Shown here: positions 40,740-48,996 of the stretch, piece by piece
How the letters are laid out: the number at the start of each line of letters is the position of its first letter
Numbering within the stretch: position 1 is the stretch's first letter
Origin: Candidatus Velthaea sp.
Lineage (GTDB): Bacteria; Vulcanimicrobiota; Vulcanimicrobiia; Vulcanimicrobiales; Vulcanimicrobiaceae
Reading direction: 5' to 3'
Length of the DNA stretch: 64,000 nt
NCBI GenBank assembly: GCA_965214935.1
Contig: CBDCCS010000010.1
Location: forward strand, 234,105 to 298,104
Position numbers and translations under genes: made by a program
The notes under the pieces: model-generated
Told to the model about the DNA's origin: nothing
What the model saw: only the letters and a program-made list of their open reading frames with translations
Databases searched by the model: none

Positions 40740-41806
40740 CGGACGCCGACCGGGCCGGGCGCGGTTGCGACACCCGCCTCGGCGAACGTTTTCATCTCAC
40801 GTATCATACGCGCCGCCGACTCGATGAGCGGCAGTGCCAGTGCAGCACCGCTCGCTTCACCCAACCGCAGATCGAGATTGAAGAGCGGCCGTAATCCGAG
40901 CGCTTCGAGCGCCAGTGCGTGACCGGTTTCTTGCGAACGGTGTGCAGCGATGCAGTATTGCAGCGCATTGGGTGCGATCGCACCGGCGATCAAGGCGGCC
41001 GCCGCAACGATGAAACCATCGAGCACGATCGGCATGCGTGCCCGCGCGGCACACAGAATCACACCGGCTAAACCGACGATCTCGTAGCCGCCCATTTCAC
41101 TAGCGATCTCCTCCCAGGTGAAGTCCTCGCAGCGCGCGAGCGACTTTTCAACGGCACGCACTTTTCGCTCGTACCGTTCGTCGTCGATCCCCGTTCCGCG
41201 TCCGACGACCTCGCGCGCCGGACGCCCGGTAAAAGCGGCAACGATCGCAGCGGCGCTCGTCGTGTTGCCGATGCCCATTTCGCCCAGAGCAATCACATCG
41301 CACGGAGCCGCAGCAACTGCGGCATCGAACGCCGCAATGCCCGCGGCGATCGTATAACCGACATCGTCCCGTCGAATCGCCGGCCGGCGCGCAAGATTCG
41401 CCGTGCCGTAGCCGACGTTGACGTCAAAGAGGCGCGGGTGAACGCCGAGCGCCTCGCGCACGCCGAAATTCGCAACGAAGACCTCGGCGCGAGCCGTGCG
41501 CGCAAAGGCATTTATCGCCGCAAAACCGGCCAGAAATCCACCAACCATCTGGGCGGTGACCTCCGGCGGATATGCGCTCACGCCGTCGGCGGCGACACCG
41601 TGATCGCCGGCGCCGACGAGTATCGTGCGCCGCTCGTAATTGTGCGCGGGCGTCCCGCCGGCGATGGCCGCAAGCTGAACCGCCAACTCTTCGATGCGAC
41701 CGAGACTTCCGACGGGTTTGATCAACCCGTCGATGCGCTCGCGCGCACGCACGCCGGCGTCACCATCGATCGGCACGATCGCCGCGCGGAACTCGTTTGG
41801 ATCCAT
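40736..41806 (-). CDS. cobT: Nicotinate-nucleotide--dimethylbenzimidazole phosphoribosyltransferase
   Basis: KPVGSLGRIE, GDHGV, GEMGIGNTT, LDGFI and RLGEASGA. Confidence 0.95.
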   Translation of the reverse strand: MDPNEFRAAIVPIDGDAGVRARERIDGLIKPVGSLGRIEELAVQLAAIAGGTPAHNYERRTILVGAGDHGVAADGVSAYPPEVTAQMVGGFLAGFAAINAFARTARAEVFVANFGVREALGVHPRLFDVNVGYGTANLARRPAIRRDDVGYTIAAGIAAFDAAVAAAPCDVIALGEMGIGNTTSAAAIVAAFTGRPAREVVGRGTGIDDERYERKVRAVEKSLARCEDFTWEEIASEMGGYEIVGLAGVILCAARARMPIVLDGFIVAAAALIAGAIAPNALQYCIAAHRSQETGHALALEALGLRPLFNLDLRLGEASGAALALPLIESAARMIREMKTFAEAGVATAPGPVGVR

Positions 41807-41814
41807 ACCGTCTT

Positions 41815-42447
41815 CTACGGCGCGAAAGTTGCCGAATCCGCGAGAGCAGGAGCGATTTCGTTGACGCAAGCAAGGTGCCAAGGAATGCTGCCCGCGCCGC
41901 TTAGCCGCATGATGCTCGCGGGCAAAAATGAAATGCCGAGGGCTGATTCATTCGGCTCGCCGAGTGCCACTCGCAACATAGCATGCATGACGCCGGCATG
42001 GGAAACGATAAGCGCGCGCCCGTGCGGTTTGAGCCGAGCGGCAAGTTCGCCGAAAATCGGCGCTATGCGAGCGCTGACTTCATCGAACGACTCGCCGTCC
42101 TCCGGTACGTATGAAGCCGGAGACGTCCGCGAGCGATCTGCCAGCTCCGGCGTCCGCGCGACGATTTCGTCCCACGTCAGACCTTCCCAACTGCCGAAGC
42201 GCATTTCCCGTAGCCGCGGTTCGGGTTCGATCGCAATGCCGCATGCAGCCCCGATCGCGGCGGCCGTCTGCGCCGCGCGTGTCAAATCGGAGGCAACGGC
42301 AACATCGAAACGCTCGTGCCGCAGATGCAGCGCCAACGCTGCCGCCTGCGCGTGCCCTTCGGCATCGAGAGGAACGTCCGTCCGGCCTTGAAACCGCCGA
42401 GCCGCATTCCAGGCAGTACGGCCATGCCGAACGCAAACCAAATCCAT
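41815..42447 (-). CDS. cobC: Histidine phosphatase, probable alpha-ribazole phosphatase
   Basis: RHGRT, SDLTRA, FGSWEG and VSHAG; adjacent to cobT-cobS, so the symbol rests on context. Confidence 0.75.
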   Translation of the reverse strand: MDLVCVRHGRTAWNAARRFQGRTDVPLDAEGHAQAAALALHLRHERFDVAVASDLTRAAQTAAAIGAACGIAIEPEPRLREMRFGSWEGLTWDEIVARTPELADRSRTSPASYVPEDGESFDEVSARIAPIFGELAARLKPHGRALIVSHAGVMHAMLRVALGEPNESALGISFLPASIMRLSGAGSIPWHLACVNEIAPALADSATFAP

Positions 42448-42464
42448 GTCGATGACCGCCTATG

Positions 42465-42492
42465 AAAACGCCGGCTCGATCGGCCGGCGTTC
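42465..42492 (-). terminator. Intrinsic terminator-like hairpin after the ferritin-like gene
   Basis: Minus strand AACGCCGGCCGATCGAGCCGGCGTTTT. Confidence 0.5.
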
Positions 42493-42523
42493 ACCATGTC
42501 GCTTGAACGATAGTGACGAAGTT

Positions 42524-43108
42524 CTAGTCCGACTCCAGCATCGGCTTGCCTTCGTGAGCAACCAGTAAATCATGCATGTCGTTGGTATGCTCTTCCTCGG
42601 TTGCAAGAATTCCCTCGAGCATGATGCGCGTCGTCGGATCTTTGTCGCCGAAGTACCGAATCAATTCGCGATAATGATCGACTGCAATGCGCTCGGCAAT
42701 ATAATTCTCTTTAATCATATCGACGAGATTGTTGCCCTCGGCATATTGTGACGCCGAACGCGACGCCAGACCTTCCGGATTGAAGTTCGGTTTGCCGCCG
42801 AGCTGATTGATGCGCTCGGCCGCCAGCATCATGTGTTCTTGTTCTTCTTTAGCATGCTCCGCAAATTCTTCGCGAACGCTGTCGCTCGAGATTCCGGTCG
42901 CCGAAACTGCATGCATGGTATAGCGCAGTACGCAAACGATTTCAGTGGCGAGAACATTTTGCAGAATTTCGATTGCCAAGTTGACGTCGCCACCGTACGT
43001 CTCGGTAATGTTACCACTCTCGAGATGGGCACGCGCCCGGCGTCGCAGCTCTTCGACGTCGGTTAGAAACGGCTGAGCGGGCGTGGTGGAATTCGTCGTT
43101 ACAGTCAC
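42524..43108 (-). CDS. Ferritin-like diiron protein (bacterioferritin/DPSL-like)
   Basis: ATEIVC, EEQEH, IAER and EEEH ferroxidase pattern; ERINQLGG. Confidence 0.88.
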   Translation of the reverse strand: MTVTTNSTTPAQPFLTDVEELRRRARAHLESGNITETYGGDVNLAIEILQNVLATEIVCVLRYTMHAVSATGISSDSVREEFAEHAKEEQEHMMLAAERINQLGGKPNFNPEGLASRSASQYAEGNNLVDMIKENYIAERIAVDHYRELIRYFGDKDPTTRIMLEGILATEEEHTNDMHDLLVAHEGKPMLESD

Positions 43109-43872
43109 TTGAAAACGTTACCCGGCTGCCTTTCTTTCCAAACACAATCCGGCACGACGATATAACCATCGTTGAGATCACCGAAGACGCGATTGTTCGG
43201 CGGAGCGATTCCCCAACGCCAAATGAACGCTGCGATATACGCGCAACTGATTGCATCGAGCGTATCGTCCCAGCGTTTGTATCCTCGTGCCTGAACGGCA
43301 GCCGGGATTCGCGCGTCGAGCACGAGCGGCGGATCCGCCCTTTGCAGCAGCCCGAGCGCCGCGCGATAGTCGGACCATTCATCGAGCACGCCGGGCCAAT
43401 CACGCGCTTTCTTCTTGGAACGGAAAATGCGTTGCCGTCCGAACAACCGCACATGGGCGGGATGCGGGAATACCTCGAGTGCAACCGTTCGCGCATCGTG
43501 AGGCCGAACGTCGAGCGCTTCGACAACGCCGTCGGGCTGCAATGCATCGAGAATCCGGCGTGCTCGGCCACCGTCGGGAAACCGGATGAGATTCGCCGGG
43601 TGCGGCGCAGCATGATGGACCCGGAAGACGGCGGCAAGCTCGCGTTCGCAGGCCCGCATGCCGGTGGCATTGCGGACGATCGTCGGCATGTCGATGCCGA
43701 TGACGCCGCAATCACCGAGCTGTCCGCGCGTCCAAGCCAGCAGCGCCGCATCGTCGCGCAGATCGGCCCGAACGTCGATAAGCCGTCCGGCTGCGTCCAA
43801 GGCGGCGGCACCCGACGGATTGCGCTCGGACCAAGCCAGGTCAAGGCCGATGAAGCGCGGCCCGGTCAGCAT
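43105..43872 (-). CDS. DUF429 domain protein (predicted RNase H-fold nuclease)
   Basis: FIGLDLAW, IGIDMP, MRACEREL, EVFPHP and DTLDAISC. Confidence 0.8.
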   Translation of the reverse strand: MLTGPRFIGLDLAWSERNPSGAAALDAAGRLIDVRADLRDDAALLAWTRGQLGDCGVIGIDMPTIVRNATGMRACERELAAVFRVHHAAPHPANLIRFPDGGRARRILDALQPDGVVEALDVRPHDARTVALEVFPHPAHVRLFGRQRIFRSKKKARDWPGVLDEWSDYRAALGLLQRADPPLVLDARIPAAVQARGYKRWDDTLDAISCAYIAAFIWRWGIAPPNNRVFGDLNDGYIVVPDCVWKERQPGNVFK

Positions 43873-43920
43873 CGGCTCGCGGCGTGGGGAAAGCGCCGGC
43901 GGGGCTGCGAAAGCCGGGGC

Positions 43921-44784
43921 ATGAGCGGTGAGCAACGACTCGGCATACGCAAAATGTATAAGCTCTTCATCGGCGGCGCTTTCGTCCGGTCGGAGTCGGC
44001 TCGCAGCGACGTCGTCGAGGGCGAAAACGTTGCGCGCGCTTCCCGCAAAGACGGCCGCGACGCGGTCGTTGCCGCACGTTCGGCTTTCGAGAGATGGCGC
44101 TCGCAAGCGCCGGCGCTGCGCGGGCTGGTGCTATACCGTTTGGCCGAGATGCTCGAAGCGCGCGCAGCCGAACTTGCGGCATCGCTGGTGCGCGGCGGAA
44201 CCTGCGATGCCCAAGCGGCCCGGCGCGAGGTCCATGCCGCCATCGATCGCACCGTCTGGTATGCCGGCTGGTGCGACAAATACTTAGCATTGGCGTCTTC
44301 ACACAACCCGGTGGCCGGTCCGTATCTGAGCGTCTCGACCGCCGAGCCGGCCGGGGTCGTTGCCGCCAGCGCACCCGACCGGCCGGCGTTACTAGGGCTG
44401 GTAACGACGGTGATCCCGCCGCTGGTAAGCGGGAACGCCGTTGTCGCATTCGCTTCGGAACGGGATCCGCGCACGGCGATCGTCTTCGCCGAGTGTGTCG
44501 CCACGAGCGATCTACCGGCCGGCGCGTGCAACATCTTGACCGGGGTGCGGGCCGACGTGCTTCCGATGCTGGCCGGACATATGGACGTCAACAGCTTCGC
44601 CGCCGCCGGTTTGCCCGGCGACGACGAACGCGCGTTGACCGAACTGGCAGCCGAAAACGTCAAGCGCACGCGCTTCGAGGCGGCGTCGGACGGAGCTGAA
44701 TGGTTCGCCGAGCAGTACGACGATTTAGCGCGCGTTTTGGCCTTTACCGAGATCAAAACAACGTGGCAACCGAATCGCATCTAA
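43921..44784 (+). CDS. Short aldehyde-dehydrogenase-family protein (Rossmann domain only; ALDH16 C-terminal-like)
   Basis: YKLFIGGAFVRSES, WYAGWCDK, DLPAGACNILTG and EIKTTW; lacks ELGG and the catalytic-Cys domain. Confidence 0.82.
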   Translation: MSGEQRLGIRKMYKLFIGGAFVRSESARSDVVEGENVARASRKDGRDAVVAARSAFERWRSQAPALRGLVLYRLAEMLEARAAELAASLVRGGTCDAQAARREVHAAIDRTVWYAGWCDKYLALASSHNPVAGPYLSVSTAEPAGVVAASAPDRPALLGLVTTVIPPLVSGNAVVAFASERDPRTAIVFAECVATSDLPAGACNILTGVRADVLPMLAGHMDVNSFAAAGLPGDDERALTELAAENVKRTRFEAASDGAEWFAEQYDDLARVLAFTEIKTTWQPNRI

Positions 44785-44800
44785 GTCCGGGCACCACATT

Positions 44801-44885
44801 CGGAGAGGGGGAGATTCGAACTCCCGATACCTTGCGGTATGCTCGCTTTCCAAGCGAGTGCATTCGACCACTCTGCCACCTCTCC
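44801..44885 (-). tRNA. tRNA-Ser(GGA)
   Basis: Reverse complement GGAGAGGTGGCAGAGTGGTCGAATGCACTCGC-TTGGAAA-GCGAG, long variable arm ATACCGCAAGGTAT, then GTTCGAATC. Confidence 0.95.
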
Positions 44886-44955
44886 GCGGCCGCGATCCAT
44901 TCGCGCCGAGCGACCGGCATTCCGGCTATGACGCCGGCAATGCCGCGCGTCCGCG

Positions 44956-47163
44956 ATGTCGAAGATTTCGCTGATGTTTGCTACTCTTTTCGCTGCATTG
45001 CTGGTTGCCGCCGGAGGCCTGCACGTGCATCTCGTCGACGACGGCGGAGCGCCGATCGCCGGTGCCGTGATCGTCTTTCGGTCGGCTAGCGGAGCGGAAG
45101 CAACCGCCGTAACGAACTCCGGAGGCGACGCCGTTGCACCGGAGGGATTTGCTGCAGCGACGCTGCGCATCCGCGCGAGCGGGTTTACCGCGATGAACCT
45201 GAGCGCAGATGTTGCAAGCATACCGATCGTTCTGCAGCGGGCGCCGGTCGTCATCGGCAGCGTGCGGGTTGCGACGGGGTCGGCGCGCAACTTGCACCGG
45301 CTCGCCGTACCGGCGGCGACACTCGACCGCACCGCACTTGCGGCCACCCCCGCCTACGCCACCGACACAGTCCTGCGAGCGTTACCCGGCTTCGACTTCG
45401 TGCGCAGCAATAGCGCGTTCACCAATTACGGCAATCTGCGCGTCTCATTTTCGGGCGCCGGCGAAGATCGCGGCTTGGTTTTCGCCGATGACGTGCCCGC
45501 CCAGGACGGTTTCGGCGGACAAGTCGATTGGCTCGCCTATCCGCCCGCGGGACTCGACTCCGTCGAACTCTTGCGCGGGCCGGGTGCGGCGCTTTACGGT
45601 GCAAACGCCATCGGCGGCGTTCTGCAGTTGCGAACCTTTGCGCCGGCTTCGGATTGGCGCGCGTTGCCGGGCGGCTCGCTCGACCTCAGCGATGGAACGC
45701 CGCATCGAACGAACGCTGCTGCGAATTACCGCTTCACGCTCGCGCCTAACGTCACCGCCGCGCTAACGACGCAGACCGGACACCAAGCCTATTACGACTT
45801 GCCGCCGGGCTATGCGAGTGCCGCCGATCGCGAAGCGACCGCTTCGAGTTCTGCGACACGCGCGCAGGTGCGCTACGCTTTCGGCCGATCGTCGATCGAC
45901 CTCGGAACGTTGTTTGCAAACGACGCCCAATTCGAGGGCCGCCCGAGTTACACGTTCGCACGCGCGTTGAGTCAGACCGACATTCACTTTGCGGCAAGCG
46001 CCGGCCGGACGTCGATCGGCGTGAGTGCCTACGACCGCAATACGACGATCGTAAACACGAACGATCAAGCGCCGGCGGCCCCCGGCGTTTTGCGCTACGT
46101 GCAGCGGATTCCGACCCAAGAAAGCGGCGTCGCTGCGACCTGGTTTTCGAGCGGAGCGTATAACGAAGTTGCACTGCGCGCCGACGAGCGTTTTGTTTCA
46201 GGCATCAGCACGCAAACCGGGCCGGCGGGGTTGCTGCAAAGTTCGGGCAGCGGCCGGCAACAATACGCCGGAGCAGCCCTCGAAGACACCTTCGAACGCG
46301 GTCGCTTCCAACTCATCGGTGGTTTGCGCGCCGACCTCGTGACCTTTAGCGACGGCGCGTTACGGACGCCGGCATTCGTTCGCGCGCCCACCCGCGATGA
46401 CCGCGTCTTATCGCCGCGGCTTGCAGCGCGTTACGATCTGACGCGATCCCTTGCCTTGCGCGCTTCGACCGGCGGCGGATTCCGCGAACCGTTTCTCAAC
46501 GAACTCTTACGCGGATACCGGATCGGCAACGCGGTATACACTCCCAATCCGAATCTCACGCCGGAACGCAGTAGAAGTTACGGCTTCGGCGCCGATGCAA
46601 TCGTGGGCTCCGGGCGGCTTGCGCTCGATATCGCAAGCACGGCGGTCAATAACGCAATCGAATTCGTGACGACCGCGCCGAACTCGCAAATTCGCAGCAA
46701 CGTTGCACGAACGCAGACCGACGGCACGACCCTCACCTATACGGCGGCGTTCTCGGGCTGCACGCGTCTGCGTGCCTATGCCACGACGCAATACGGACGA
46801 ATCGTGAATGGACCGGCCGGTGATATCGGTAACCGGCTGCAATACGTCCCGTCGCGTTCGGCGGACGTCGCCGTTGATTCCGGAAGCCGCGCATTCGGCT
46901 ACGGTGCCGATGTGGGATATGCCGGCGTAACGTTTGCCGACGACCGTAATACGCAGGTGTTGCCGGCGGCGCTCATACTCGGAGCGCACGTTACCCGGCC
47001 GCTCGGGGACGGCGCCGCGCTCACGCTCGAAGGAACGAACTTGAGCGGGACGCATTATCTGTCGAGCATCGACCGGTACGGTCCACCGCCCAGTGTCGAT
47101 TTGCGGCTACGCTTCGGGTTGGGGCCGCAACTACGGGCCGCCGTCAATGCGGCGTGCCCGTAG
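44956..47163 (+). CDS. TonB-dependent receptor
   Basis: Signal peptide; plug motifs LRALPG and SVELLRGPGAALYGANAIGGV; SPRLAARY, GFREPFLNEL and NPNLTPE. Confidence 0.88.
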   Translation: MSKISLMFATLFAALLVAAGGLHVHLVDDGGAPIAGAVIVFRSASGAEATAVTNSGGDAVAPEGFAAATLRIRASGFTAMNLSADVASIPIVLQRAPVVIGSVRVATGSARNLHRLAVPAATLDRTALAATPAYATDTVLRALPGFDFVRSNSAFTNYGNLRVSFSGAGEDRGLVFADDVPAQDGFGGQVDWLAYPPAGLDSVELLRGPGAALYGANAIGGVLQLRTFAPASDWRALPGGSLDLSDGTPHRTNAAANYRFTLAPNVTAALTTQTGHQAYYDLPPGYASAADREATASSSATRAQVRYAFGRSSIDLGTLFANDAQFEGRPSYTFARALSQTDIHFAASAGRTSIGVSAYDRNTTIVNTNDQAPAAPGVLRYVQRIPTQESGVAATWFSSGAYNEVALRADERFVSGISTQTGPAGLLQSSGSGRQQYAGAALEDTFERGRFQLIGGLRADLVTFSDGALRTPAFVRAPTRDDRVLSPRLAARYDLTRSLALRASTGGGFREPFLNELLRGYRIGNAVYTPNPNLTPERSRSYGFGADAIVGSGRLALDIASTAVNNAIEFVTTAPNSQIRSNVARTQTDGTTLTYTAAFSGCTRLRAYATTQYGRIVNGPAGDIGNRLQYVPSRSADVAVDSGSRAFGYGADVGYAGVTFADDRNTQVLPAALILGAHVTRPLGDGAALTLEGTNLSGTHYLSSIDRYGPPPSVDLRLRFGLGPQLRAAVNAACP

Positions 47164-47193
47164 CCCCAACGTCAGATCATTACCGGCGTTCGA

Positions 47194-47529
47194 TCAGCGC
47201 GGTGGTGTACCGGGCTGCGTTTGCCGGTTATGTTTATCGAAGTAGATACCGTCGGAGAGTGCGTTTTCACGCCGATTGAGATTGCGGTACTCGGCAGAGG
47301 TTAGATGACCGCCGTTCACAGCCAGATCGTGCCGCCGCGCGGCGTTGATCCGGTCGAGCCGGGCGTCGACGTGATTGTACTCGTTGCGTGTGAGCTGCCC
47401 GCTGCGAACGCCTTGATTGATGCGTGCCTGTTCGTGATGGATACGATTGTCGACCTCGCCGGCGCTCGCCGCGAGCGGAATGATTGCGATGCATAAAGCG
47501 GTTGCCGAAAGTGCTAATTGTTTGAGCAT
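47194..47529 (-). CDS. Small secreted helical-repeat protein
   Basis: SD GGAGG; signal peptide; two related motifs GQLTRNE and GHLTSAE. Confidence 0.75.
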   Translation of the reverse strand: MLKQLALSATALCIAIIPLAASAGEVDNRIHHEQARINQGVRSGQLTRNEYNHVDARLDRINAARRHDLAVNGGHLTSAEYRNLNRRENALSDGIYFDKHNRQTQPGTPPR

Positions 47530-47688
47530 TGTAGGCCTCCAGTAGTAAAGCGATTTATGACCGGAGTCTACAGTGTTATTCGGACGCAGAACGCTTTCAT
47601 CACCGAACTTTCATTCAATTAACGGCTGCCTTTCATCTAACGCCGGGCGAAAGCCGGCGGACGTGAACCGGTCAATCGTGCTTCCGGA

Positions 47689-48819
47689 TTAATGTGTATT
47701 TGGCGGTAACAATGGAGCAACCCGCGCGAACGGCAAGCCGTAAAGCGTAATACCGTATTGTCCCCGCACCGTCGTTGCGCTAAAAAGCGCATCGTAGATC
47801 GCTGCCTGCGTTGCATCGACGGTCGCTGAAAATAGCGCGTCGATTCGATCTTCATCGGTCTCGAGCGGCGGACCGGCGACGCCGCCGGCGCGCGGATACG
47901 TATGGCTCGTGCTTAACGCGATCATCAGATCGCCGCTCGAAACATGCGAGGTTGCACCGGTGCGTGCCAGGCCGAGCGCGGAGCGCTTCGTCAGGTCGCG
48001 CAAGCGCAGCGCATCGAGCGGAGCATCGGTGGCAACAACGATGATGATACTGCCGTCCGCGGCGCGCCCGCGTTGCGGCGGCGGCACAAACGAACTTGGA
48101 TAGATCGGCAACAGCACGTCGCGCAGAGCTTCGCCGACATGCACGCCGTTGACCAGCAGTTCGCTGCGTGTACCGGTGTTAACGTTGACCAAGACGCCGA
48201 CGGTATAACCACCGAGCGCTTTGGGCAACAACCGGGATGCCGAGCCGATCCCGCCTTTGAATCCGAACGCATGCATGCCGGTGCCGGCGCCTACGCTGCC
48301 TCGCGGAAAGTTGCCGCCGTGCGCTCGATCGAGCAGCGCCGTGACGTCCGCGGCATGAACGTGCCGGCCGGCGATATCGTTAAGGCCTTGGTCATCGCAT
48401 TCGGCGACGACCGGCAGCGGCACATCGTCGCGGACGCCGATCATCGGGTTGTGCTCGATCATCCAACTCACGACGCCGTCATCGGCCCGGCCGATATCCA
48501 GCGAGTCGGTGAGAACGATGGGCGTTTCGAGGAAGCCTGCTTGGTCGACCCAATGCGCGCCGGTCAGTTCGCCGTTACCGTTGAGATCGCTCGTCGCCGC
48601 GGCGACCCGGGTATTCCACGGATCAGTAGTGGCAATGATACCGGTCGCGCCGGTCCGCACGTTCTTCCCTTCGATCAGCGTTACGTGCGCCACCCGTACG
48701 CCGGGCACGTCGGTGATGCCGTCGTTTGGGCCGCTCGGCAACGTCCCGACGCGCACCGGCGACGCTCCGGCAAGCAGAAAACCCAGCAGCAGCAAAAGCG
48801 CGCGATCGCGTGCGTTCAT
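47689..48819 (-). CDS. P1/S58 family peptidase (DmpA-like), secreted
   Basis: ITDVPGVRVAH, NGNGELTG, PVVAECDD, GFKGGIGSAS and DG|SIIIVVATDAP. Confidence 0.9.
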   Translation of the reverse strand: MNARDRALLLLLGFLLAGASPVRVGTLPSGPNDGITDVPGVRVAHVTLIEGKNVRTGATGIIATTDPWNTRVAAATSDLNGNGELTGAHWVDQAGFLETPIVLTDSLDIGRADDGVVSWMIEHNPMIGVRDDVPLPVVAECDDQGLNDIAGRHVHAADVTALLDRAHGGNFPRGSVGAGTGMHAFGFKGGIGSASRLLPKALGGYTVGVLVNVNTGTRSELLVNGVHVGEALRDVLLPIYPSSFVPPPQRGRAADGSIIIVVATDAPLDALRLRDLTKRSALGLARTGATSHVSSGDLMIALSTSHTYPRAGGVAGPPLETDEDRIDALFSATVDATQAAIYDALFSATTVRGQYGITLYGLPFARVAPLLPPNTH

Positions 48820-48996
48820 ACGCAAGCTAGTCGCGGAGCTTGCGCGCTTACCCTGGTGCTAGCCGAAAAGGAATTCCCGGACGACCAAAGCCCTTGACTG
48901 CCGTTGCCGCGCATACTAGCTTGGGAATGACCGTACAGCCGCCCCGGCCCGACCATTCCGGCGAAGCCGGCTGATGTCCCGAAAAGGAGCCCGCCG

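Noticed and set aside
43342..43920. N-terminal extension of the 480-aa ORF 43342..44784
   Set aside because: Antisense to the DUF429 gene; ALDH similarity begins only after ATG 43921.
14114..44800. Genomic island between the two ALDH halves ending at tRNA-Ser
   Set aside because: No integrase or tRNA 3' duplication seen, and the interval contains core genes (icd, ppa, cob).
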